DNA of 64,000 nt, taken from Balanoglossus misakiensis (lineage: Eukaryota; Animalia; Hemichordata). The notes under the pieces were generated by a model that had not been told where the DNA came from, made no database searches, and saw nothing but the letters and a program-made list of their open reading frames with translations. Position numbers and translations under genes: made by a program. The DNA lies in assembly GCA_040954595.2 (NCBI GenBank), contig CM082585.2, positions 2,324,902-2,388,901 of the forward strand, written 5' to 3'. Numbering within the stretch: the first letter of the stretch is position 1; each line of letters starts with the position of its first letter. Positions 33,871 through 48,679 of this stretch are shown in pieces.

Positions 33871-36800
33871 TAGACTCTGTAGATCGAGAGATAGTTCTAA
33901 AATGTCCATGGTTGCTACCAAACACAGCCTCGTTTGTTTACAACATTCTGTTGTGATGCGCAGAACACATATATAGGCCTATGCGCATAAGAACGTTTCC
34001 ACTAGACTCTGTAGATCGACGGATAGCTGTAAAATTTCTATGGTTGCTTCCAAACAGCCTCGTTTATTTACCGATTTCTGTTGTGAGGCGCAGAACACAT
34101 GATAGGCCTATGCGCATGAGACATTTTTCCACTAGACTCTGTAGATCGACGGATAGTTGTAAAATTTCATGGTTGCTTCCAAATACAGCCTCGTTTATTT
34201 ACCGATTTCTGTTGTGATGCGCATAACACATAGATAGGCCTATGCGCATAAGAACGTTTTCCACTAGACTCTGTAGATCGACGGATAGTTGTACAATTTC
34301 CATGGTTACTTCCAAACAGCCTCGTTTATTTACCGATTTCTGTTGTGAGGCGCAGAACACATGATAGGCCTATGCGCATAAGACATTTTTCCACTAGACT
34401 CTGTAGATCGACGGATAGTTCTAAAATTTCCATGGTTGCTTCCAAACAGCCTCGTTTATTTACCGAATTCTGTTGTGAGGCGCAGAGCACGTAATAGGCC
34501 TATGCGCATAAGAAAGTTTTCCACCAGACTCTGTAGATCGACGGATAGTTGTAAAATTTCCATGGTTGCTTCCAAACAGCCTCGTTTATTTACCGATTTC
34601 TGTTGTGATGCGCAGAACACATAGATAGGCATATGTGCATAATAAAGTTTTCCACTAGACTCTGTAGATCGAGAGATAGTTCTAAAATTTCCATGGTTGC
34701 TTCCAAACACAGCCTCGTTTGTTTACACAATTCTGTTGTGATGCGCAGAACACATATATAGGCCTATGCGCATAATAACGTTTTCCACTAGACTCTGTAG
34801 ATCGACGGATAGTTGTAAAATTTCCATGGTTGCTTTCAAACAGCCTCGTTTATTTACCGAATTCTGTTGTGAGGCGCAGAACACATAGATAGGCATATGT
34901 GCATAAGAAAGTTTTCCACTATAGACTCTGTAGATCGAGAGATAGTTCTAAAATGTCCATGGTTGCTTCCAAACACAGCCTCGTTTGTTTACAAAATTCT
35001 GTTGTGATGCGCAGAACACATATATAGGCCTATGCGCATAAGAACGTTTCCACTAGACTCTGTAGATCGACGGATAGCTGTAAAATTTCCATGGTTGCTT
35101 TTAAACAGCCTCGTTTATTTACCGATTTCTGTTGTGAGGCGCAGAACACATAGATAGGCATATGTGCATAAGAAAGTTTTCCACTATAGACTCTGTAGAT
35201 CGAGAGATAGTTCTAAAATGTCCATGGTTGCTTCCAAACACAGCCTCGTTTATTTACCGATTTCTGTTGTGATGCGCATAACACATAGATAGGCCTATGC
35301 GCATAAGAACGTTTTCCACTAGACTCTGTAGATCGACGGATAGTTCTAAAATTTCAATGGTTGCTTCCAAACAGCCTCGTTTATTTACCGAATTCTGTTG
35401 TGATGCGCAGAACACATGATAGGACTATGCGCATAAGAAATTTTTCCACCAGACTCTGTAGATCGACGGATAGTTGTAAAATTTCCATGGTTGCTTCCAA
35501 ACAGCATCGTTTATTTACCGAATTCTGTTGTGAGGCGCAGAACACGTAATAGGTCTATGCGCATAAGGAAGTTTTCCACTAGACTCTGTAGATCGACGGA
35601 TAGTTGTACAATTTCCATGGTTGCTTCCAAACAGCCTCTTTTATTTACCGATTTCTGTTGTGAGGCGCAGAACACATGATAGGCCTATGCGCATAAGACA
35701 TTTTTCCACTAGACTCTGTAGATCGACGGATAGTTCTAAAATTTCCATGGTTGCTTCCAAACAGCCTCGTTTATTTACCGAATTCTGTTGTGAGGCGCAG
35801 AGCACGTAATAGGCCTATGCGCATAAGAAAGTTTTCCACCAGACTCCGTAGATCGACGGATAGTTGTAAAATTTCCATGGTTGTTTCCAAACACAGCCTC
35901 GTTCATTTACAAAATTCTGTTGTTATGCGCTGAACACGTACATATGCCTATGCGCATAAGAAAGTTTCCCACTAGACTCTGTAGATCGACGGATAGTTCT
36001 AAAATTTCCATGATTGCTTCCAAACACATCCTCGATTGTTTACAAAATTCTGTTGTGATGCGCAGAACACATATATAGGCCTATGCGCATATGAACGTTT
36101 TCCACTATACTCCGTAGATCGACGGATAGTTCTAAAATTTCCATTGTTGCTTCCAAACAGCCTCGTTTATTTACCGAATTCTGTTGTGAGGCGCAGAACA
36201 CGTAATAGGCCTATGCGCATAAGAAACTTTTCAACTTTAGATCGAGAGATAGTTCTAAAATTTCCATGGTTGTTTCCAAACACAGCCTCGTTCATTTACA
36301 AAATTCTGTTGTGATGCGCTGAACACATACATATGCCTATGCGCATAAGAAAGTTTCCCACTAGACTCTGTAGATCGACGGATAGTTCTAAAATTTCCAT
36401 GATTGCTTCCAAACACATCCTCGATTGATTACAAAATTCTGTTGTGATGCGCAGAACACATAGATAGGCCTATGCGCATATGAACGTTTTCCACTATACA
36501 CTGTAGATCGAGAGATAGTTCTAAAACTTCCATGTTTGCTTCCAAACAGCCTCGTTTATTTGCGGAATTCTGTTTTGAGGCGCAGAACACATAGATAGGC
36601 ATATGTGAATAAGAAAGTTTTCCACTATAGACTCTGTAGATCGAGAGATAGTTGTAAAATTTCCATGGTTGCTTCCAAACAGCCTCGTTTATTTACCGAT
36701 TTCTGTTGTGAGGCGCAGAACACATAGATAGGCCTATGCGCATAAAAAACTTTTCAACTTTAGATCAACGGATAGTTCAAAAATTTCCATGGTTGTTTCC

Positions 36801-39800
36801 AAACAGCCTCGTTTATTTACCGAATTCTGTTGTGATGCGTAGAACACATACATATGCCTATGCGCATAAGAAAGTTTTCCACTAGACTCCGTAGATCGAC
36901 GAATAGTTCTAAAATGTCCATGGTTGCTTCCAAACAAAGCCTGGTTTGTTTACAAAATTCTGTTGTGATGCGCAGAACACATAGATAGGCCTATGCGCAT
37001 ATGAACGTTTTCCACTATACTCTGTAGATCGAGAGTTAGTTCTAAAATTTCCATGTTTGCTTCCAAACAGCCTCGTTTATTTACGGAATTCTGTTTTGAG
37101 GCGCAGAACACATAGATAGGCATATGTGCATAAGAAAGTTTTCCACTATAGACTCTGTACATCGAGAGATAGTTCTAAAATTTCCATGGTTGCTTCCAAA
37201 CACAGCCTCGTTTGTTTACAAAATTCTGTTGTGATGCGCAGAACACATATATAGGCCTATGCGCATAAGAACGTTTTCCACTAGACTCTGTAGATCGACG
37301 GATAGTTCTAAAATTTCCATGGTTGCTTCCAAACAGCCTCGTTTATTTACCGAATTCTGTTGTGAGGCACAGAACACATAGATAGGCCTATGTGAATAAG
37401 AAAGTTTTCCACTATAGACTCTGTAGATCGAGAGATAGTTGTAAAATTTCCATGGTTGCTTCCAAACAGCCTCGTTTATTTACCGATTTCTGTTGTGAGG
37501 CGCAGAACACATAGATAGGCCTATGCGCATAAAAAACTTTTCAACTTTAGATCAACGGATAGTTCTAAAATTTCCATGGTTGTTTCCAAACAGCCTCGTT
37601 TATTTACCGAATTCTGTTGTGATGCGCAGAACACATATATAGGCCTATGCGCATAATAACGTTTTCCACTAGACTCTGTAGATCGACGGATAGTTGTAAA
37701 ATTTCCATGGTTGCTTTCAAACAGCCTCGTTTATTTACCGAATTCTGTTGTGAGGCGCAGAACACATAGATAGGCATATGTGCATAAGAAAGTTTTCCAC
37801 TATAGACTCTGTAGATCGAGAGATAGTTCTAAAATGTCCATGGTTGCTTCCAAACACAGCCTCGTTTGTTTACAAAATTCTGTTGTGATGCGCAGAACAC
37901 ATATATAGGCCTATGCGCATAAGAACGTTTCCACTAGACTCTGTAGATCGACGGATAGCTGTAAAATTTCCATGGTTGCTTTTAAACAGCCTCGTTTATT
38001 TACCGATTTCTGTTGTGAGGCGCAGAACACATAGATAGGCATATGTGCATAAGAAAGTTTTCCACTATAGACTCTGTAGATCGAGAGATAGTTCTAAAAT
38101 GTCCATGGTTGCTTCCAAACACAGCCTCGTTTATTTACCGATTTCTGTTGTGATGCGCATAACACATAGATAGGCCTATGCGCATAAGAACGTTTTCCAC
38201 TAGACTCTGTAGATCGACGGATAGTTCTAAAATTTCAATGGTTGCTTCCAAACAGCCTCGTTTATTTACCGAATTCTGTTGTGATGCGCAGAACACATGA
38301 TAGGACTATGCGCATAAGAAATTTTTCCACCAGACTCTGTAGATCGACGGATAGTTGTAAAATTTCCATGGTTGCTTCCAAACAGCATCGTTTATTTACC
38401 GAATTCTGTTGTGAGGCGCAGAACACGTAATAGGTCTATGCGCATAAGGAAGTTTTCCACTAGACTCTGTAGATCGACGGATAGTTGTACAATTTCCATG
38501 GTTGCTTCCAAACAGCCTCTTTTATTTACCGATTTCTGTTGTGAGGCGCAGAACACATGATAGGCCTATGCGCATAAGACATTTTTCCACTAGACTCTGT
38601 AGATCGACGGATAGTTCTAAAATTTCCATGGTTGCTTCCAAACAGCCTCGTTTATTTACCGAATTCTGTTGTGAGGCGCAGAGCACGTAATAGGCCTATG
38701 CGCATAAGAAAGTTTTCCACCAGACTCCGTAGATCGACGGATAGTTGTAAAATTTCCATGGTTGTTTCCAAACACAGCCTCGTTCATTTACAAAATTCTG
38801 TTGTTATGCGCTGAACACATACATATGCCTATGCGCATAAGAAAGTTTCCAGTAGACTCTGTAGATCGACGGATAGTTCTAAAATTTCCATGATTGCTTC
38901 CAAACACATCCTCGATTATTTACAAAATTCTGTTGTGATGCGCAGAACACATAGATAGGCCTATGCGCATATGAACGTTTTCCACTATACACTGTAGATC
39001 GAGAGATAGTTCTAAAACTTCCATGTTTGCTTCCAAACAGCCTCGTTTATTTGCGGAATTCTGTTTTGAGGCGCAGAACACATAGATAGGCATATGTGAA
39101 TAAGAACGTTTTCCACTATAGACTCTGTAGATCGAGAGATAGTTGTAAAATTTCCATGGTTGCTTCCAAACAGCCTCGTTTATTTACCGATTTCTGTTGT
39201 GAGGCGCAGAACACATAGATAGGCTTATGCGCATAAAAAACTTTTCAACTTTAGATCAACGGATAGTTCAAAAATTTCCATGGTTGTTTCCAAACAGCCT
39301 CGTTTATTTACCGAATTCTGTTGTGATGCGTAGAACACATACATATGCCTATGCGCATAAGAAAGTTTTCCACTAGACTCCGTAGATCGACGAATAGTTC
39401 TAAAATGTCCATGGTTGCTTCCAAACAAAGCCTGGTTTGTTTACAAAATTCTGTTGTGATGCGCAGAACACATAGATAGGCCTATGCGCATATGAACGTT
39501 TTCCACTATACTCTGTAGATCGAGAGTTAGTTCTAAAATTTCCATGTTTGCTTCCAAACAGCCTCGTTTATTTACGGAATTCTGTTTTGAGGCGCAGAAC
39601 ACATAGATAGGCATATGTGCATAAGAAAGTTTTCCACTATAGACTCTGTACATCGAGAGATAGTTCTAAAATTTCCATGGTTGCTTCCAAACACAGCCTC
39701 GTTTGTTTACAAAATTCTGTTGTGATGCGCAGAACACATATATAGGCCTATGCGCATAAGAACGTTTTCCACTAGACTCTGTAGATCGACGGATAGTTCT

Positions 39801-42800
39801 AAAATTTCCATGGTTGCTTCCAAACAGCCTCGTTTATTTACCGAATTCTGTTGTGAGGCACAGAACACATAGATAGGCCTATGTGCATAAGAAAGTTTTC
39901 CACTATAGACTCTGTAGATCGAGAGATAGTTCTAAAATGTCCATGGTTGCTTTCAAACACAGCCTCGTTTGTTTACAAAATTCTTTTGTGATGCGCAGAA
40001 CACATATATAGGCCTATGCGCATAAGAACGTTTTCCACTAGACTCTGTAGATCGACGGATAGTTGTAAAATTTCCATGGTTGCTTCCAAACAGCCTCGTT
40101 TATTTACCGAATTCTGTTGTGAGGCACACAACACATAGATAGGCCTATGTGCATAAGAAAGTTTTCCACTATAGACTCTGTAGATCGAGAGATAGTTCTA
40201 AAATGTCCATGGTTGCTTCCAAACACAGCCTCGTTTGTTTACAAAATTCTGTTGTGATGCGCAGAACACATATATAGGCCTATGCGCATAAGAACGTTTC
40301 CACTAGACTCTGTAGATCGACGGATAGCTGTAAAATTTCCATGGTTGCTTTTAAACAGCCTCGTTTATTTACCGATTTCTGTTGTGAGGCGCAGAACACA
40401 TAGATAGGCATATGTGCATAAGAAAGTTTTCCACTATAGACTCTGTAGATCGAGAGATAGTTCTAAAATGTCCATGGTTGCTTCCAAACACAGCCTCGTT
40501 TATTTACCGATTTCTGTTGTGATGCGCATAACACATAGATAGGCCTATGCGCATAAGAACGTTTTCCACTAGACTCTGTAGATCGACGGATAGTTCTAAA
40601 ATTTCAATGGTTGCTTCCAAACAGCCTCGTTTATTTACCGAATTCTGTTGTGATGCGCAGAACACATGATAGGACTATGCGCATAAGAAATTTTTCCACC
40701 AGACTCTGTAGATCGACGGATAGTTGTAAAATTTCCATGGTTGCTTCCAAACAGCATCGTTTATTTACCGAATTCTGTTGTGAGGCGCAGAACACGTAAT
40801 AGGTCTATGCGCATAAGGAAGTTTTCCACTAGACTCTGTAGATCGACGGATAGTTGTACAATTTCCATGGTTGCTTCCAAACAGCCTCTTTTATTTACCG
40901 ATTTCTGTTGTGAGGCGCAGAACACATGATAGGCCTATGCGCATAAGACATTTTTCCACTAGACTCTGTAGATCGACGGATAGTTCTAAAATTTCCATGG
41001 TTGCTTCCAAACAGCCTCGTTTATTTACCGAATTCTGTTGTGAGGCGCAGAGCACGTAATAGGCCTATGCGCATAAGAAAGTTTTCCACCAGACTCCGTA
41101 GATCGACGGATAGTTGTAAAATTTCCATGGTTGTTTCCAAACACAGCCTCGTTCATTTACAAAATTCTGTTGTTATGCGCTGAACACATACATATGCCTA
41201 TGCGCATAAGAAAGTTTCCAGTAGACTCTGTAGATCGACGGATAGTTCTAAAATTTCCATGATTGCTTCCAAACACATCCTCGATTATTTACAAAATTCT
41301 GTTGTGATGCGCAGAACACATATATAGGCCTATGCGCATAATAACGTTTTCCACTAGACTCTGTAGATCGAGAGATAGTTCTAAAATGTCCATGGTTGCT
41401 ACCAAACACAGCCTCGTTTGTTTACAACATTCTGTTGTGATGCGCAGAACACATATATAGGCCTATGCGCATAAGAACGTTTCCACTAGACTCTGTAGAT
41501 CGACGGATAGCTGTAAAATTTCTATGGTTGCTTCCAAACAGCCTCGTTTATTTACCGATTTCTGTTGTGAGGCGCAGAACACATGATAGGCCTATGCGCA
41601 TGAGACATTTTTCCACTAGACTCTGTAGATCGACGGATAGTTGTAAAATTTCATGGTTGCTTCCAAATACAGCCTCGTTTATTTACCGATTTCTGTTGTG
41701 ATGCGCATAACACATAGATAGGCCTATGCGCATAAGAACGTTTTCCACTAGACTCTGTAGATCGACGGATAGTTGTACAATTTCCATGGTTACTTCCAAA
41801 CAGCCTCGTTTATTTACCGATTTCTGTTGTGAGGCGCAGAACACATGATAGGCCTATGCGCATAAGACATTTTTCCACTAGACTCTGTAGATCGACGGAT
41901 AGTTCTAAAATTTCCATGGTTGCTTCCAAACAGCCTCGTTTATTTACCGAATTCTGTTGTGAGGCGCAGAGCACGTAATAGGCCTATGCGCATAAGAAAG
42001 TTTTCCACCAGACTCTGTAGATCGACGGATAGTTGTAAAATTTCCATGGTTGCTTCCAAACAGCCTCGTTTATTTACCGATTTCTGTTGTGATGCGCAGA
42101 ACACATAGATAGGCATATGTGCATAATAAAGTTTTCCACTAGACTCTGTAGATCGAGAGATAGTTCTAAAATTTCCATGGTTGCTTCCAAACACAGCCTC
42201 GTTTGTTTACACAATTCTGTTGTGATGCGCAGAACACATATATAGGCCTATGCGCATAATAACGTTTTCCACTAGACTCTGTAGATCGACGGATAGTTGT
42301 AAAATTTCCATGGTTGCTTTCAAACAGCCTCGTTTATTTACCGAATTCTGTTGTGAGGCGCAGAACACATAGATAGGCATATGTGCATAAGAAAGTTTTC
42401 CACTATAGACTCTGTAGATCGAGAGATAGTTCTAAAATGTCCATGGTTGCTTCCAAACACAGCCTCGTTTGTTTACAAAATTCTGTTGTGATGCGCAGAA
42501 CACATATATAGGCCTATGCGCATAAGAACGTTTCCACTAGACTCTGTAGATCGACGGATAGCTGTAAAATTTCCATGGTTGCTTTTAAACAGCCTCGTTT
42601 ATTTACCGATTTCTGTTGTGAGGCGCAGAACACATAGATAGGCATATGTGCATAAGAAAGTTTTCCACTATAGACTCTGTAGATCGAGAGATAGTTCTAA
42701 AATGTCCATGGTTGCTTCCAAACACAGCCTCGTTTATTTACCGATTTCTGTTGTGATGCGCATAACACATAGATAGGCCTATGCGCATAAGAACGTTTTC

Positions 42801-45800
42801 CACTAGACTCTGTAGATCGACGGATAGTTCTAAAATTTCAATGGTTGCTTCCAAACAGCCTCGTTTATTTACCGAATTCTGTTGTGATGCGCAGAACACA
42901 TGATAGGACTATGCGCATAAGAAATTTTTCCACCAGACTCTGTAGATCGACGGATAGTTGTAAAATTTCCATGGTTGCTTCCAAACAGCATCGTTTATTT
43001 ACCGAATTCTGTTGTGAGGCGCAGAACACGTAATAGGTCTATGCGCATAAGGAAGTTTTCCACTAGACTCTGTAGATCGACGGATAGTTGTACAATTTCC
43101 ATGGTTGCTTCCAAACAGCCTCTTTTATTTACCGATTTCTGTTGTGAGGCGCAGAACACATGATAGGCCTATGCGCATAAGACATTTTTCCACTAGACTC
43201 TGTAGATCGACGGATAGTTCTAAAATTTCCATGGTTGCTTCCAAACAGCCTCGTTTATTTACCGAATTCTGTTGTGAGGCGCAGAGCACGTAATAGGCCT
43301 ATGCGCATAAGAAAGTTTTCCACCAGACTCCGTAGATCGACGGATAGTTGTAAAATTTCCATGGTTGTTTCCAAACACAGCCTCGTTCATTTACAAAATT
43401 CTGTTGTTATGCGCTGAACACGTACATATGCCTATGCGCATAAGAAAGTTTCCCACTAGACTCTGTAGATCGACGGATAGTTCTAAAATTTCCATGATTG
43501 CTTCCAAACACATCCTCGATTGTTTACAAAATTCTGTTGTGATGCGCAGAACACATATATAGGCCTATGCGCATATGAACGTTTTCCACTATACTCCGTA
43601 GATCGACGGATAGTTCTAAAATTTCCATTGTTGCTTCCAAACAGCCTCGTTTATTTACCGAATTCTGTTGTGAGGCGCAGAACACGTAATAGGCCTATGC
43701 GCATAAGAAACTTTTCAACTTTAGATCGAGAGATAGTTCTAAAATTTCCATGGTTGTTTCCAAACACAGCCTCGTTCATTTACAAAATTCTGTTGTGATG
43801 CGCTGAACACATACATATGCCTATGCGCATAAGAAAGTTTCCCACTAGACTCTGTAGATCGACGGATAGTTCTAAAATTTCCATGATTGCTTCCAAACAC
43901 ATCCTCGATTGATTACAAAATTCTGTTGTGATGCGCAGAACACATAGATAGGCCTATGCGCATATGAACGTTTTCCACTATACACTGTAGATCGAGAGAT
44001 AGTTCTAAAACTTCCATGTTTGCTTCCAAACAGCCTCGTTTATTTGCGGAATTCTGTTTTGAGGCGCAGAACACATAGATAGGCATATGTGAATAAGAAA
44101 GTTTTCCACTATAGACTCTGTAGATCGAGAGATAGTTGTAAAATTTCCATGGTTGCTTCCAAACAGCCTCGTTTATTTACCGATTTCTGTTGTGAGGCGC
44201 AGAACACATAGATAGGCCTATGCGCATAAAAAACTTTTCAACTTTAGATCAACGGATAGTTCAAAAATTTCCATGGTTGTTTCCAAACAGCCTCGTTTAT
44301 TTACCGAATTCTGTTGTGATGCGTAGAACACATACATATGCCTATGCGCATAAGAAAGTTTTCCACTAGACTCCGTAGATCGACGAATAGTTCTAAAATG
44401 TCCATGGTTGCTTCCAAACAAAGCCTGGTTTGTTTACAAAATTCTGTTGTGATGCGCAGAACACATAGATAGGCCTATGCGCATATGAACGTTTTCCACT
44501 ATACTCTGTAGATCGAGAGTTAGTTCTAAAATTTCCATGTTTGCTTCCAAACAGCCTCGTTTATTTACGGAATTCTGTTTTGAGGCGCAGAACACATAGA
44601 TAGGCATATGTGCATAAGAAAGTTTTCCACTATAGACTCTGTACATCGAGAGATAGTTCTAAAATTTCCATGGTTGCTTCCAAACACAGCCTCGTTTGTT
44701 TACAAAATTCTGTTGTGATGCGCAGAACACATATATAGGCCTATGCGCATAAGAACGTTTTCCACTAGACTCTGTAGATCGACGGATAGTTCTAAAATTT
44801 CCATGGTTGCTTCCAAACAGCCTCGTTTATTTACCGAATTCTGTTGTGAGGCACAGAACACATAGATAGGCCTATGTGAATAAGAAAGTTTTCCACTATA
44901 GACTCTGTAGATCGAGAGATAGTTGTAAAATTTCCATGGTTGCTTCCAAACAGCCTCGTTTATTTACCGATTTCTGTTGTGAGGCGCAGAACACATAGAT
45001 AGGCCTATGCGCATAAAAAACTTTTCAACTTTAGATCAACGGATAGTTCTAAAATTTCCATGGTTGTTTCCAAACAGCCTCGTTTATTTACCGAATTCTG
45101 TTGTGATGCGCAGAACACATATATAGGCCTATGCGCATAATAACGTTTTCCACTAGACTCTGTAGATCGACGGATAGTTGTAAAATTTCCATGGTTGCTT
45201 TCAAACAGCCTCGTTTATTTACCGAATTCTGTTGTGAGGCGCAGAACACATAGATAGGCATATGTGCATAAGAAAGTTTTCCACTATAGACTCTGTAGAT
45301 CGAGAGATAGTTCTAAAATGTCCATGGTTGCTTCCAAACACAGCCTCGTTTGTTTACAAAATTCTGTTGTGATGCGCAGAACACATATATAGGCCTATGC
45401 GCATAAGAACGTTTCCACTAGACTCTGTAGATCGACGGATAGCTGTAAAATTTCCATGGTTGCTTTTAAACAGCCTCGTTTATTTACCGATTTCTGTTGT
45501 GAGGCGCAGAACACATAGATAGGCATATGTGCATAAGAAAGTTTTCCACTATAGACTCTGTAGATCGAGAGATAGTTCTAAAATGTCCATGGTTGCTTCC
45601 AAACACAGCCTCGTTTATTTACCGATTTCTGTTGTGATGCGCATAACACATAGATAGGCCTATGCGCATAAGAACGTTTTCCACTAGACTCTGTAGATCG
45701 ACGGATAGTTCTAAAATTTCAATGGTTGCTTCCAAACAGCCTCGTTTATTTACCGAATTCTGTTGTGATGCGCAGAACACATGATAGGACTATGCGCATA

Positions 45801-47775
45801 AGAAATTTTTCCACCAGACTCTGTAGATCGACGGATAGTTGTAAAATTTCCATGGTTGCTTCCAAACAGCATCGTTTATTTACCGAATTCTGTTGTGAGG
45901 CGCAGAACACGTAATAGGTCTATGCGCATAAGGAAGTTTTCCACTAGACTCTGTAGATCGACGGATAGTTGTACAATTTCCATGGTTGCTTCCAAACAGC
46001 CTCTTTTATTTACCGATTTCTGTTGTGAGGCGCAGAACACATGATAGGCCTATGCGCATAAGACATTTTTCCACTAGACTCTGTAGATCGACGGATAGTT
46101 CTAAAATTTCCATGGTTGCTTCCAAACAGCCTCGTTTATTTACCGAATTCTGTTGTGAGGCGCAGAGCACGTAATAGGCCTATGCGCATAAGAAAGTTTT
46201 CCACCAGACTCCGTAGATCGACGGATAGTTGTAAAATTTCCATGGTTGTTTCCAAACACAGCCTCGTTCATTTACAAAATTCTGTTGTTATGCGCTGAAC
46301 ACATACATATGCCTATGCGCATAAGAAAGTTTCCAGTAGACTCTGTAGATCGACGGATAGTTCTAAAATTTCCATGATTGCTTCCAAACACATCCTCGAT
46401 TATTTACAAAATTCTGTTGTGATGCGCAGAACACATAGATAGGCCTATGCGCATATGAACGTTTTCCACTATACACTGTAGATCGAGAGATAGTTCTAAA
46501 ACTTCCATGTTTGCTTCCAAACAGCCTCGTTTATTTGCGGAATTCTGTTTTGAGGCGCAGAACACATAGATAGGCATATGTGAATAAGAACGTTTTCCAC
46601 TATAGACTCTGTAGATCGAGAGATAGTTGTAAAATTTCCATGGTTGCTTCCAAACAGCCTCGTTTATTTACCGATTTCTGTTGTGAGGCGCAGAACACAT
46701 AGATAGGCTTATGCGCATAAAAAACTTTTCAACTTTAGATCAACGGATAGTTCAAAAATTTCCATGGTTGTTTCCAAACAGCCTCGTTTATTTACCGAAT
46801 TCTGTTGTGATGCGTAGAACACATACATATGCCTATGCGCATAAGAAAGTTTTCCACTAGACTCCGTAGATCGACGAATAGTTCTAAAATGTCCATGGTT
46901 GCTTCCAAACAAAGCCTGGTTTGTTTACAAAATTCTGTTGTGATGCGCAGAACACATAGATAGGCCTATGCGCATATGAACGTTTTCCACTATACTCTGT
47001 AGATCGAGAGTTAGTTCTAAAATTTCCATGTTTGCTTCCAAACAGCCTCGTTTATTTACGGAATTCTGTTTTGAGGCGCAGAACACATAGATAGGCATAT
47101 GTGCATAAGAAAGTTTTCCACTATAGACTCTGTACATCGAGAGATAGTTCTAAAATTTCCATGGTTGCTTCCAAACACAGCCTCGTTTGTTTACAAAATT
47201 CTGTTGTGATGCGCAGAACACATATATAGGCCTATGCGCATAAGAACGTTTTCCACTAGACTCTGTAGATCGACGGATAGTTCTAAAATTTCCATGGTTG
47301 CTTCCAAACAGCCTCGTTTATTTACCGAATTCTGTTGTGAGGCACAGAACACATAGATAGGCCTATGTGCATAAGAAAGTTTTCCACTATAGACTCTGTA
47401 GATCGAGAGATAGTTCTAAAATGTCCATGGTTGCTTTCAAACACAGCCTCGTTTGTTTACAAAATTCTTTTGTGATGCGCAGAACACATATATAGGCCTA
47501 TGCGCATAAGAACGTTTTCCACTAGACTCTGTAGATCGACGGATAGTTGTAAAATTTCCATGGTTGCTTCCAAACAGCCTCGTTTATTTACCGAATTCTG
47601 TTGTGAGGCACACAACACATAGATAGGCCTATGTGCATAAGAAAGTTTTCCACTATAGACTCTGTAGATCGAGAGATAGTTCTAAAATGTCCATGGTTGC
47701 TTCCAAACACAGCCTCGTTTGTTTACAAAATTCTGTTGTGATGCGCAGAACACATATATAGGCCTATGCGCATAA
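33871..47775. repeat. Near-identical tandem block duplication, 7484-bp period (~57 monomers), second copy ~6.4 kb
   Basis: Constant offset 7484 for 33981/41465, 35361/42845, 36036/43520, 38242/45726 and 39225/46709. Rare variants (TTTACAACAT, TTCTATGG, GGTTACTT, AGGCTTATGC) are shared. Confidence 0.88.
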
Positions 47776-48679
47776 TAACGTTTTCCACTAGACTCTGTAG
47801 ATCGACGGATAGTTGTAAAATTTCCATGGTTGCTTCCAAACAGCCTCGTTTATTTACCGAATTCTGTTGTGAGGCGCAGAACACATAGATAGGCATATGT
47901 GCATAAGAAAGTTTTCCACTATAGACTCTGTAGATCGAGAGATAGTTCTAAAATGTCCATGGTTGCTACCAAACACAGCCTCGTTTGTTTACAAAATTCT
48001 GTTGTGATGCGCAGAACACATATATAGGCCTATGCGCATAAGAACGTTTCCACTAGACTCTGTAGATCGACGGATAGCTATACAATTTCCATGGTTGCTT
48101 CCAAACAGCCTCGTTTATTTACCGATTTCTGTTGTGAGGCGCAGAACACATGATAGGCCTATGCGCATGAGACATTTTTCCACTAGACTCTGTAGATCGA
48201 CGGATAGTTGTAAAATTTCATGGTTGCTTCCAAACACAGCCTCGTTTGTTTACAAAATTCTGTTGTGATGCGCAGAACACATATATAGGCCTATGCGCAT
48301 AATAACGTTTTCCACTAGACTCTGTAGATCGACGGATAGTTGTAAAATTTCCATGGTTGCTTCCAAACAGCCTCGTTTATTTACCGAATTCTGTTGTGAG
48401 GCGCAGAACACATAGATAGGCATATGTGCATAAGAAAGTTTTCCACTATAGACTCTGTAGATCGAGAGATAGTTCTAAAATGTCCATGGTTGCTACCAAA
48501 CACAGCCTCGTTTGTTTACAAAATTCTGTTGTGATGCGCAGAACACATATATAGGCCTATGCGCATAAGAACGTTTCCACTAGACTCTGTAGATCGACGG
48601 ATAGTTGTACAATTTCCATGGTTGCTTCCAAACAGCCTCGTTTATTTACCGATTTCTGTTGTGAGGCGCAGAACACATG

